Source: a virus
Taxonomy: Duplodnaviria; Caudoviricetes
Reading direction: 5' to 3' (one strand)
IMG/VR virus record: IMGVR_UViG_3300048583_000179
Location: 1 to 63,447 of that record
Length of the DNA: 63,447 bases
Each line of letters opens with the position of its first letter. The stretch's first letter is position 1. Below, piece by piece: positions 54,473-63,447 of this stretch. The notes below the pieces were generated by a model. That model was not told where the DNA came from, did no database searches, and saw nothing but the letters and a program-made list of their open reading frames with translations. Made by a program: the position numbers and the translations under genes.

Positions 54473-54705
54473 GGCCGTAGCCCCTGAACGATAACCAGCT
54501 CGTCTAGCCTGAACTGGTTTTCGCCGTAGTTGTCCTGCTCTTCCTGCGTCAGTGCTTTTTCAATGGCTGCCACTGCTTCGTGGAGTGAGGCGTAGCCACT
54601 TGCGAATGGGTAGTTCGGGTGTCCGACATCCCAAGGATACTGACGCTTGGGCTCCACCAAACGACCACGAGGGGTGCGCCGATAGACTTCGTAAAGAACC
54701 CTCAT
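54469..54705 (-). CDS. Hypothetical protein
   Basis: MRVLYEVYRR...; ATG overlaps helicase stop. Confidence 0.55.
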   Translation of the reverse strand: MRVLYEVYRRTPRGRLVEPKRQYPWDVGHPNYPFASGYASLHEAVAAIEKALTQEEQDNYGENQFRLDELVIVQGLRP

Positions 54706-56210
54706 AGCCCCACCACTTCCACGAGCTCGGACTTGGCGCGAGTTGCCGCCACGTACATGAGGTTGATTTCCTGGCCCATTTGCCAGTCCTGCCGGGCGTA
54801 CTTGGACGGCTGATACAGATTGCGTCCGAACCAATACACCCGCTCCCACTCGCGGCCCTTGGCCTTGTGGATAGTGCTAAGGGTGAGCCGCTTGGGCTGC
54901 CCGTAGGTGTCGTCAAACATGGTGTTGAGTCGCTCGCGCAGGTCGCCCACGGTTTCCACCGTGTCCATCATTACGAACAGGGTTTCCACCCGGTCGCTGA
55001 GCGCGTCGGCCCGCTGTTCCTGCCCCTTGGCGAGCAACCGCTGCCGCTCGCGGTCCAGGTACTCTTCCAGCTTGGCCCGCAGCACGGTGAGGTCTGTAGT
55101 CTTGTACTTGTTCACCAGTACGAGCAGCCCCTTGCCGATTTCCTTGCCCTCAACGTGGCACGGAATGCCCCGCCGAATGAAGTGGAATGCGAGGCTGACA
55201 AGCGGCTTCGTGTTGCGGCACAGCACGGCAGATTCTGGCCCCAAGCTATCGCGGTCCAGCTTGCGGAACTCGGGCTCCATCATTTCCCGAACTGCTCCTT
55301 CAGGCGCGGTAGGTGCCGCCTCAATGTGGTTGACCCACTGCTTCGCGTGCCGAACGACCGCCTTGGGGCAGCGATAGGTGATGGTCAGCGGCAGGTACGA
55401 GCAGTTAAACTCGCGGCCAATGATGTCAAGGCTGTCGTGGTTGGCCCCGGTAAAGCCGTAGATTGCTTGGTGCCTGTCGCCCACCGCAATCAAGCGCCCG
55501 CCCGCACGTAGCATCTTCTTGGCGAGGGCGCGGCGACTATTGTTGGTGTCCTGAGCCTCGTCAATCAAGACCCAGTCGTTTTCCCACATTTTGAGGTCGT
55601 GGATCAGCGGGCCGTAAATCATGTCGTCAAAGTCAATGAGCTTGCTGTTGGCGTCCACCCCGGCCCGCAGCAGCCGAATGCTCCAGTCAATGCCGTCGCT
55701 GATCATTTGGTCAACGTCCAGCGGCCCCGCACCCTCAGTGGCGAGGGTTTCGTCCAGCTCGAAGTGGTCTACGAAGTAGTTCCACTGGCTAAGGTCGTCA
55801 AACGGGGTAAGGAACCCCACCCCCGCCTGTTTGGCGAGGCTGACACCCTTGACAGCGAAGTTGCGCAGGGGCAGCGGCATGTTGATCTGCTCCGCCAACT
55901 GCATGGACTTCTTTTCGTCCAGCGGCACCTTGCCGAACGCCTTCAGCATCGCCTTGTAGCCGAAGCTGTGGAACGTGCCCGCGCTCACGTTGCGACCGAT
56001 GCCCATGGTAGCCATGCGGTCTTTGATTTCGTCGGCGATTTTCTTGTTGTACGCGCAGAACGCGACGCTGCCTTGCAGCAGCTCCAACATGTGAAGCAGG
56101 GTAGTCGTCTTGCCGCTACCCGCCACCGCTTCGACAATGCCTGAGCCTTTGCCATTCGTGGCAAAGTCAAAGACTGCCTGTTGCTGTGGACTGGGGACAA
56201 ACTGGGCCAT
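54702..56210 (-). CDS. Second UvrD-like SF1 helicase
   Basis: EAVAGSGKTTT, IDEAQD, VGDRHQAIYGF, STIHKAKGRE, YVAATRA. Confidence 0.92.
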   Translation of the reverse strand: MAQFVPSPQQQAVFDFATNGKGSGIVEAVAGSGKTTTLLHMLELLQGSVAFCAYNKKIADEIKDRMATMGIGRNVSAGTFHSFGYKAMLKAFGKVPLDEKKSMQLAEQINMPLPLRNFAVKGVSLAKQAGVGFLTPFDDLSQWNYFVDHFELDETLATEGAGPLDVDQMISDGIDWSIRLLRAGVDANSKLIDFDDMIYGPLIHDLKMWENDWVLIDEAQDTNNSRRALAKKMLRAGGRLIAVGDRHQAIYGFTGANHDSLDIIGREFNCSYLPLTITYRCPKAVVRHAKQWVNHIEAAPTAPEGAVREMMEPEFRKLDRDSLGPESAVLCRNTKPLVSLAFHFIRRGIPCHVEGKEIGKGLLVLVNKYKTTDLTVLRAKLEEYLDRERQRLLAKGQEQRADALSDRVETLFVMMDTVETVGDLRERLNTMFDDTYGQPKRLTLSTIHKAKGREWERVYWFGRNLYQPSKYARQDWQMGQEINLMYVAATRAKSELVEVVGL

Positions 56211-56302
56211 GCAACCTCCTTCGTGTTAATGCCTACCTACTGAAACGGCACTACCTACACGCTACAATGTACTTCATTGCACCAGTCGGCGCAAGGTGGG
56301 CG

Positions 56303-59300
56303 TTAGTTCACCCACCTTGCCTTGACCCGACGCTTGCCAAGCAGGGGATCCGGCCCCGTGCTTGTGATACCCGCTGCGAAGGCATTGGCGTTTGTCACCG
56401 CGAGCAGGATGGTACGAATGCTAACCCCGGCAATACGAGTGACGGGAAGAGCTTCGGCGGTCGCAGTCGCAATACCTAGACTTCTCGCCGTGCCGCCCGG
56501 CGTGGACGTGACAGTGAACGCAACGACGTTGACCTGAGCAAGCCCAATCGGTCGCGACGTTGTGCCGAGAGTGCGAGTAACTGGGAACGCCTGTGCCGAA
56601 CCGACTGCAAGCGCGAGGCTGCGATTAACTGCGCCCGCCGTGCGCGTCACAGGCTGGGCTACCGCAGAAGTAGAGGCAAGGCCAAGCGTCTTTGTCACAG
56701 CACCCACCGTGCGCGTTACCGCTTGAGCGACAGCCGTTGCCACGGCAAGCGCGATCGTACGCGATTGACCGCCAAGCGTCACTCCAGTAGCAAACGCACT
56801 CGCCGTTGCGACGGCGAGGCTGATGCTGCGCGACACCGCACCAGAGGTACGGGTTACTGCGAATGGAACCGCACTGACAACCGCGAGACCAATCGTCTTT
56901 GCCGCTTCCCCAACGGTGCGCGTCACAGCGAACGCAGTGGCGGTTGCCGTTGCGATAGAAATAGAGCGGCTGATGCCGGTGGTCAGTGTCGCAGCGAACC
57001 CGGTCGCCGTTGCTTCGGCGAGGCCAACCGTGCGACTGACAACCGCAGTTACCGAGACGGCGAACCCTGTCGCCGTTGCTTCAGCAAGTCCAAGGGTGCG
57101 CGTCGTAGCTCCCACCGTGCGCGTCACAGCGAATGCGACAGCATTGGCAGCAGCGAGGCTGACTGCACGAGACGTGGCCCCCACGGTGCGAGTCACAGCA
57201 AACGCGCTCGCGGTAGCCGTCGCCAGCGACGTAGCCCGTGAAACGACCGCTGTACGAGCCACAGCCTGTGCGACGGCTGTGGCTGACGCCAATCCGATAG
57301 CCCGCTGCGTGGCACTCAGGCTGCGTGCCACCGCAAAAGCCGATGCCGTAGCCGACCCCAAACCGATAGCGCGGCTAGAGGTGCCGGGCGTTAGCGAGAG
57401 GGGCAACCCTTGGGCAGTAGCCGACGCCAACCCTAGCGCCCGGCTAACCGCCCCCACCGTGCGCGTCACAGCGAGCGCCTGTGCCGTCGCTGACGCCATC
57501 GAAGCTGCTACCGTTACTGTAGCGGTGCGGGCAACCGCTTGAGCAACTGCCGTGGCGACGGCGAGACCTGTTGCGAGGTTTGTCCCTCCAGCGGGTGCCG
57601 TAATTCCGGCAGCGAAGCCGACTGCCTGTGGCGTGCTGTCAACCACCACGTTGTCAACGTAAGCGTCGCCAACAGAAGTCGTATGGTAGACGCCGAACCC
57701 GGCGTATCCACTAGTCAACCTAGAAGCGTCCGTGTCGCTGAACGTTCCCCACGCCCCGCCATCAATACGATAGCGTAGAATAACTGAGGTTGGGGTATTC
57801 AGGGCCATGAACTCTACGTCTGAGTCAGCACCAGATGTGTAGCTGAGGACGTTGCTGTTCAGTACCGTAAACGACCCGGCGACGTTGCGAGCAAGTGCGA
57901 CCGCACTTCCAGTACCGTCTGAGTAGAGGTAGTAGGCAGTGTTCGTTCCGGGTGCGGCTCCAGCCCTGAGCGCCAGTGCCCAGTATTGACCAGTAGCCCC
58001 GCTGCGAACTCTTGCGCGAACCGCCTGTGGTCCAGTCGGTGCCCCCGGCCCTTCCCACCTGTAGTAGATATCCTGATTGGCGGTATCACCACGAACGCGA
58101 TTGTTCTCAATTACGAGGTTGCCACTTCCAACGAACCGAACCCAGTCAGCGTCGTACGCTTGCAGGTTTTGGTTAGAGGCTGAGAAGGTATCAACACCCG
58201 CAGCGACACTGACAACCGCCGTGCGGGTGACAGCTTGAGCGGCTGCCGTCGCCACAGCGAGGCCCGCAGTCCGGCTGACAACTGCCGTGCGAGTTGTCTT
58301 GAACGCTTGGGCAACGACGGCGTTCTCTGGAAACAATTCAAACTCATCAATCCAAACAGCGGTGCTCCCGGTGTCTTGGAACATGTGGAATGGAAATGCA
58401 AACCCGTCCGTAGGATCAAGGGGCGAGCCGCCCCACCCCGACACGTCCTGCGACCAGACAAGTGCGCCGTTGATCCAAAATCGTACGAGCAGGTCTTGGT
58501 ACGCAACTTCGACCGTGATCTCCTCACCCTCGGTGTAGGCATACGCGGTCGTATTTCCGTTTGAATCAAAGTACGTGCTGAACAGCGCCGAGCCAACCCT
58601 CAGGTAGCCCGTGTTCAGTGCGGTAACGCTGAAATCGAAGTAGTCGCCGTTCGTGTATTCAACTCGAAAGTAAGTGTCTGCAGATTCTCTACAGCTCATT
58701 TTCCAACGAGCGCGGAACTTCTTGCCACCCGTCAAGCTGTTCATCCGAGCACCGAAGTACGAGCCGCCGATGCTTCCAATCTCAAGCCGGTTGTTACGAA
58801 TGACCGCTGTTTGGTAGCCGTTCTGGTGCGCGACCCACGTTCCACCGATGTCCGCCGCCGTGCCGACCAAGTTCGTGCCGGTCGTGTCGGTGAACATGTC
58901 ACGAATGGCCGGACCACCGCCAGCGAGTCCAACAGTACGGCTGATCTCCGCCGTGCGGTTCACTGGAATAGCCACGGCACCGGACAGCTCGTTCGGGCCG
59001 TCAACGGGAGTCAGGCTACCCGTCAACGTTAGATTGGCTGTACCGCTTCTATCCAGTGTGTCGTTGTCACCGTGCCAGTTGAGGATCAGGTTGGTAGCGC
59101 TGATCGGGTCGCGCGACCACATTTGGCGCGTGGCCTCTTCCTCAGTAAGTAGGCGATCCCAGTAGTACACAGCGGCAATCGGCTCAACCCAGTTGGTTCC
59201 ACCGACCCGAAGTTCAGTTGGAGTCCAGCCGGTATCACCGCCGAAGCCACCCGTTGCCTTTTCAATTGCCGCAGCGTCAAGCTTTCTAATCCAAAGCTTG

Positions 59301-60622
59301 CACTCGGACGCAACCGTTGAGTAGAAAGCTAGAACGGCGTACCAGCCCTCAGAGTGGGCGATTTGGCACACGCTACCCCACGGGCTCAAGTTCAAGCGAA
59401 CATTGCCAAACGGGTCAATGCTCCACTCCCTGAAGTGGCCGCTTCCTCCATCATTCAAGCTTACGCCGACATCGTAGCCCGTAGCTGGAGGCGGCAGGTA
59501 CGCGATCGTAAAGCAGGTATGCCCGTTGATAGCGGGATAGTTAGTGCTGCGACTGAGGTAGTTGCCAGCACTCCATCCATCGCGGGCCATGAGATCTTGG
59601 CCCACAACCGATAGCCCCACCGCACGGCTGACAGCCCCCGACGTACGAGTGACAGGCTGAGCAACCGCCGTCGCACTGGCAAGGACAAGCGGGCGGTTCG
59701 AGGTTCCGGGAGTGATGCCCGCAGCCTGAGCAACCGCTGTCGCTGTGGCGAGTCCAATACCGGCATTCTGTGCCGCGCCCCCAACGGTGACGCCAAGGGC
59801 GAACGCTTCGACAAACGGGCGATCTACCTCTTCAAGACCGACTTCAGTATCGGTACCGACCGGGGTGTAGAGAACCGAAGCCCGCAGCGCAGTGACGCGA
59901 ACGTCATTGGCATAGGCCGGAGTTGACGTTGCCCACTTGTCCTTGATGAGGTACTTTAGCATCTGATGCTGTTCAACGTCAGACAGGATGCGGTCAAACG
60001 CTATGATTTCTGCGATCCAGCCGTCGAAGAATGCCGTACCACCGTAGCTTCGGCCGAGGTCAAAGTTCGTGGCCCACACCGGAACTTCTGTCGCGCCAAA
60101 GTAGCCGTAACTCTGGTAGATGCGCTGATGGTTGACGCCCGCCATGTGGTAGTCACGGGCACGGGCTTGCCAGTGAACATGCCATTGACTGAACGTGCTT
60201 CCACTATACCCGATGTTGTCCATGGCCGGGCGGTCGCTACGACCAAACGAATCGTAGATTGTACCGTCAGTCCATGGATAGTGCGAAACACTCGTGCTCG
60301 TGCCGACCGTCCATATACCGCTGTCCGACAGTCCGGCCGGAGTATTGTTGCGCTTCTTACAGAGCATCAGCAGCGTAACCGCCTTCAGGGCGCTGAAGGG
60401 GTTGGCGCAGCTCAGGTATTCGGAACTGGATGCGGTGAATTCTACGGTAGCGAGGCCGTTCTGTGTCGCACCGACTGACGGCTTACCGGATCCGGCTTGA
60501 ACGAAGTCGTTACCGTTACCGCTCTGGTCTGCCCATTCAGAGATGTCACCACCAGATTCAGTGATGCCAGCATCGCCCTTGAGCCAGAGTGTTAGGCCAT
60601 CAAGATCGGTAGGGACAGTCAT
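56303..60622 (-). CDS. Long fibre/appendage protein: several LamG/lectin-like domains on an Ala/Thr/Val repeat stalk
   Basis: N-terminal LWLKGDAG..WADQSGNGN...FDGWIAEII LamG-like domain; many ~23-25-aa GLATATAVAQAVTRT repeats. Confidence 0.8.
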   Translation of the reverse strand: MTVPTDLDGLTLWLKGDAGITESGGDISEWADQSGNGNDFVQAGSGKPSVGATQNGLATVEFTASSSEYLSCANPFSALKAVTLLMLCKKRNNTPAGLSDSGIWTVGTSTSVSHYPWTDGTIYDSFGRSDRPAMDNIGYSGSTFSQWHVHWQARARDYHMAGVNHQRIYQSYGYFGATEVPVWATNFDLGRSYGGTAFFDGWIAEIIAFDRILSDVEQHQMLKYLIKDKWATSTPAYANDVRVTALRASVLYTPVGTDTEVGLEEVDRPFVEAFALGVTVGGAAQNAGIGLATATAVAQAAGITPGTSNRPLVLASATAVAQPVTRTSGAVSRAVGLSVVGQDLMARDGWSAGNYLSRSTNYPAINGHTCFTIAYLPPPATGYDVGVSLNDGGSGHFREWSIDPFGNVRLNLSPWGSVCQIAHSEGWYAVLAFYSTVASECKLWIRKLDAAAIEKATGGFGGDTGWTPTELRVGGTNWVEPIAAVYYWDRLLTEEEATRQMWSRDPISATNLILNWHGDNDTLDRSGTANLTLTGSLTPVDGPNELSGAVAIPVNRTAEISRTVGLAGGGPAIRDMFTDTTGTNLVGTAADIGGTWVAHQNGYQTAVIRNNRLEIGSIGGSYFGARMNSLTGGKKFRARWKMSCRESADTYFRVEYTNGDYFDFSVTALNTGYLRVGSALFSTYFDSNGNTTAYAYTEGEEITVEVAYQDLLVRFWINGALVWSQDVSGWGGSPLDPTDGFAFPFHMFQDTGSTAVWIDEFELFPENAVVAQAFKTTRTAVVSRTAGLAVATAAAQAVTRTAVVSVAAGVDTFSASNQNLQAYDADWVRFVGSGNLVIENNRVRGDTANQDIYYRWEGPGAPTGPQAVRARVRSGATGQYWALALRAGAAPGTNTAYYLYSDGTGSAVALARNVAGSFTVLNSNVLSYTSGADSDVEFMALNTPTSVILRYRIDGGAWGTFSDTDASRLTSGYAGFGVYHTTSVGDAYVDNVVVDSTPQAVGFAAGITAPAGGTNLATGLAVATAVAQAVARTATVTVAASMASATAQALAVTRTVGAVSRALGLASATAQGLPLSLTPGTSSRAIGLGSATASAFAVARSLSATQRAIGLASATAVAQAVARTAVVSRATSLATATASAFAVTRTVGATSRAVSLAAANAVAFAVTRTVGATTRTLGLAEATATGFAVSVTAVVSRTVGLAEATATGFAATLTTGISRSISIATATATAFAVTRTVGEAAKTIGLAVVSAVPFAVTRTSGAVSRSISLAVATASAFATGVTLGGQSRTIALAVATAVAQAVTRTVGAVTKTLGLASTSAVAQPVTRTAGAVNRSLALAVGSAQAFPVTRTLGTTSRPIGLAQVNVVAFTVTSTPGGTARSLGIATATAEALPVTRIAGVSIRTILLAVTNANAFAAGITSTGPDPLLGKRRVKARWVN

Positions 60623-60625
60623 CGA

Positions 60626-61915
60626 TTATCCGTTTGTGACACGGAAGCCAAACTCAGCGGTATTGAAATTGTCCTCGTTCCACTTGCCGCCCTGAGGGGT
60701 TGCGATGACGATGTTACTGCCCTCGCCTAGAAAGGCGTAGAACCCGTTGTTGCCGGATGTCGGGTGCTGTGGGAGGCTGTACCTGTCGCTGTACACCGTC
60801 GTGCCGCCAGACTTCACAGCCGTATACATGGCCCACGGGTAGCCCGATCCGAGGTTCGTGCGGCAGAAGGGCATCACCTGTACGGCGACAATGTTGTCGC
60901 CAGAGGACAGGTCGGCCCCTGTGTACAGGTCAGTCAACGGCTGATCAAGACCACCGCTTTGAATGCGCGTGGTGTCATCATCCATTGTGGTGGCTTCGTC
61001 AAGTCGCAGGTAGTTGTCCGTTTCGTCCTGCCACTCAATCAACGAACCGTCGCCCGTCGGCGTCACAAAGGCGAACGACCAGTTCTCCAGAAATCCTTTA
61101 CCGGAGTTCGCCCAGTAAAAGTCCCTCAGCTCAAGGTTAAGTGTCGTCGTGCCGACGTAGGTGCCGCCGCCAATCGCAAACCCATTGATACGGTTATCGT
61201 CGGTGTGGCGTGTGTTGACACCAGTCAATGTCAGGACGTTACTTCCATCAACCTGAACCTTGACGCTGCCGTTACTGGGGTGGATTACAGCCTCCACCTC
61301 AATGCGACGCTCCGTGGTAAGGGCGGAGATCGCACTGGCTGTCGTACCCAAAAGAGTTCCTCCGGACTGTGCCGGGCCACGGTAGACGCTAACTTTGTCA
61401 TCAGCATCGTACGTTAGCTCAACCTGATACTCCCCACCGTCCAGAAACGCACCGATGCTGCGCTTCACCCCGTCGGAGGGCATGTACGCCTTGAAGCCCA
61501 TGACGTACCCGTTGCGCGAGGGTACGAACAGCTTGCAGTGGTGCTCGCCGTTCTGCGTGTTCAGCTTCGCCACACTGTTCAAGATCATGGTCGTGGCGGA
61601 CGTCTTGTGACGGAAATACACACGAGGGTCACCCGTGCTGTCACGGATGGGAAAGCTGATCATGCCACGGAGCGGAAACTTCTTCTTACCAACGAGGCCG
61701 ATGGGCTTGTTTTGCGACGCGAGTGAGATACCCATGGCAAAAGCACTCGCCGTGGCAGCGGCAAGGGAAATGCCCGCGCTCGTTGCCCCAACTGTTCTAC
61801 TGAGTGCGAACGGGGTAGCGGTCGCCGTGGCAAGCGAAATGGCCACGTTCTGAGCCGGAGGCCCAGACTGTTGCTGCGCCCCACCGGGTAGAAGTGGACC
61901 GTAGGCCCAAGCCAT
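60626..61915 (-). CDS. Virion fibre-associated protein
   Basis: Starts with the same repeat unit, then a lectin-like domain ending W...FNTAEFGF. Confidence 0.7.
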   Translation of the reverse strand: MAWAYGPLLPGGAQQQSGPPAQNVAISLATATATPFALSRTVGATSAGISLAAATASAFAMGISLASQNKPIGLVGKKKFPLRGMISFPIRDSTGDPRVYFRHKTSATTMILNSVAKLNTQNGEHHCKLFVPSRNGYVMGFKAYMPSDGVKRSIGAFLDGGEYQVELTYDADDKVSVYRGPAQSGGTLLGTTASAISALTTERRIEVEAVIHPSNGSVKVQVDGSNVLTLTGVNTRHTDDNRINGFAIGGGTYVGTTTLNLELRDFYWANSGKGFLENWSFAFVTPTGDGSLIEWQDETDNYLRLDEATTMDDDTTRIQSGGLDQPLTDLYTGADLSSGDNIVAVQVMPFCRTNLGSGYPWAMYTAVKSGGTTVYSDRYSLPQHPTSGNNGFYAFLGEGSNIVIATPQGGKWNEDNFNTAEFGFRVTNG

Positions 61916-61918
61916 TGA

Positions 61919-62266
61919 CTAGGCGACCTGTCGAATAGACCAGCCGATCGTGCGGTCCGTGCCGCTGATCTTGTCCAGCGTCATGTCCCAACCGTGCATC
62001 AGGATAAAGGTCGGACTGACCCAGTGCGGCGTCCCCTGCGCCCCATCGAACGTCCAGCGTTCCACGACCCGCTGCGTTCCAGCGCTCTGTACTTTTTCGT
62101 ACAGCTTGAGCTCGTACTGATCGCCCGCCGCCATGGCGTTGAGGTCTAGAAACAACTGGTAGATACCATCTGCCGTGATGGGAGTGAGGGTTGTACTCGC
62201 GTTAGGCAGCGAGTATTCCGTGGTGCCGATGCTCGCCGAGCTTTCATATGCGGCAGTGATCGCCAT
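61919..62266 (-). CDS. Small virion-associated protein
   Basis: Start re-called MAITAAYE... after GGAGG. Confidence 0.65.
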   Translation of the reverse strand: MAITAAYESSASIGTTEYSLPNASTTLTPITADGIYQLFLDLNAMAAGDQYELKLYEKVQSAGTQRVVERWTFDGAQGTPHWVSPTFILMHGWDMTLDKISGTDRTIGWSIRQVA

Positions 62267-62267
62267 G

Positions 62268-63110
62268 CTAGCCTCCGATGCCCACGGCGACGGCGTTGAA
62301 GCCCGTGGCTGCCGTGCCGGAACAGGTGCCCCGGACGTAGATGGTAGAACCCGCCGGAACAAAGCACGCGCCTTCGAATGGCAGAGGCGACGCAGTCGCC
62401 TCTGCGGTACCGGCGAGGCCAAGCCACAGGTTCTCAATGATCATGTGCTTGTTGCTGCCGTCACCGTAGGCGAGGTCAATGTGATATCCGAGTGACGTCG
62501 TAGTGCCGTTGTCGATCTGCACGCAGAGCTGCCACCACCACAGATCTTTCGCCGTGGTGCCCAGCGACACCCATGTGCCCTCGGCGTTGCTGTTGCCGGG
62601 GGTGAAGCTGACACCGTTGCTGTTGGTGATCGACCCAACGGTTTCGGCGTATTGCCCCGACCGCACCAGCTCGGGCTTGGACGGCTTGCCAAAGAAGGTT
62701 GCCACGACGCGGACGGTGCCCGCTGTGCCGTTGCTGCCCTGAATACGCGCAGCGACAGACGAGCCCGCCTTGATGGCAAGTGGAAAGTAGAAGTATCGGC
62801 CACCTGCGACTGCCGCTGCGCTCTGTCCACAGACGATGTTGGCAATGCGCTCCGTATAGCTCGTGCCGCCCGCTGGATCCACACCGATATCGAGCAGGTG
62901 GTTCTTCGCGTTGGCAGTCGTCGCACCACCACAGACCCAGAGCAGAATACCGTAAACGTCATTCGCGATGTTGGCGGACGAAGCGATGGCCGTCCACGAG
63001 CCCTCGGCGTTCGTCGCACCCGGTGTGACTGCCGTACCCGGTGAGGTGCCGGGGTTATTGTTGTTCGTGTACTTCCAACCAAATCGGTTGGGAATTGGCC
63101 CGGCGATCAT
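62268..63110 (-). CDS. Virion-associated protein with internal duplication
   Basis: TPGATNAEGSW...LDIGV...PLAIKAGS and TPGNSNAEGTW...IDLAYG...FVPAGS halves. Confidence 0.7.
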   Translation of the reverse strand: MIAGPIPNRFGWKYTNNNNPGTSPGTAVTPGATNAEGSWTAIASSANIANDVYGILLWVCGGATTANAKNHLLDIGVDPAGGTSYTERIANIVCGQSAAAVAGGRYFYFPLAIKAGSSVAARIQGSNGTAGTVRVVATFFGKPSKPELVRSGQYAETVGSITNSNGVSFTPGNSNAEGTWVSLGTTAKDLWWWQLCVQIDNGTTTSLGYHIDLAYGDGSNKHMIIENLWLGLAGTAEATASPLPFEGACFVPAGSTIYVRGTCSGTAATGFNAVAVGIGG

Positions 63111-63150
63111 GAATGCCCCTAGATGGGGGGCTTTCGCCCCCCGATTAGGT

Positions 63151-63447
63151 TTAGCAGTTCACGGCGTAGAGGCCGTTGGCATCGACGTTGATTGTGACGT
63201 TACCACCGTTGGTCGGCGTAGAGGTGACGTCGAACTGCGCGATCAGCGGGGAGGTAGTAGTGACTGTGGTGTCGCGCCAGACCACCGCCTGAGTGATCGT
63301 AGCACCAGACGCCAGCGAGCTGAAGGTGGGATCAGCGGCGTCAACGAGCATGCGGTCGTTGGCATCGTCCACGGCCACCGTCTTGGAACCGAGCGTCTGG
63401 GCCGAGTAGCCACCGACAGCGAGCTCATTGGTAAGCTCGCTGTAGAA
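63151..63447 (-). CDS. 3' part of the junction-spanning structural gene (starts at 247)
   Basis: ...DAADPTFSSL...SPLIAQFD...PTNGGNVTINVDANGLY. Confidence 0.75.
   Translation of the reverse strand, partial: FYSELTNELAVGGYSAQTLGSKTVAVDDANDRMLVDAADPTFSSLASGATITQAVVWRDTTVTTTSPLIAQFDVTSTPTNGGNVTINVDANGLYAVNC
63321..63447. repeat. Terminal direct repeat, copy 2
   Basis: Identical to 1-127. Confidence 0.95.

Noticed and set aside
56360-57600. DGR template/variable repeats in the fibre gene
   Set aside because: The repeats are degenerate protein-level units; no reverse transcriptase or adenine-specific repeat pair was seen

Overview
This window is a complete, circularly assembled (127-bp end overlap) ~63.3-kb GC-rich tailed dsDNA phage genome. 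It has siphovirus-type morphogenesis genes, no recognisable integrase, and probably a diderm host. Modules: many small early genes behind sigma70-like promoters (5.1-16.8 kb); terminase-head-tail-lysis on + (17.6-38.6 kb); replication and thymidine-modification genes mostly on - (family A polymerase, dUMP-hydroxymethylase-like synthase, 5-hmdU DNA kinase, P-loop kinase, primase, helicases; 38.8-56.2 kb); and a separate fibre/appendage cassette across the junction (56.3 kb to 0.6 kb). The most striking observation is an 844-bp stretch (16060-16903) just upstream of the terminase genes with no TC or GA dinucleotide, i.e. no TC on either strand. It holds a promoter and a gene whose protein has no Asp or Glu, and that protein is a paralog of a normally encoded Zn-finger-like protein at 12625-13023. 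A second near-TC-free gene (13459-13824), GA-free GGGGG ribosome-binding sites on early genes, and TC-dense strand-polarised spacers point the same way. Inference: the phage modifies T in TC context and lays out its entry region as unmodified, transcribable islands separated by heavily modified insulators. Its thymidine-modification pathway also lacks a recognisable amino acid:DNA transferase. All product calls come from motif recognition by eye; no searches were run.
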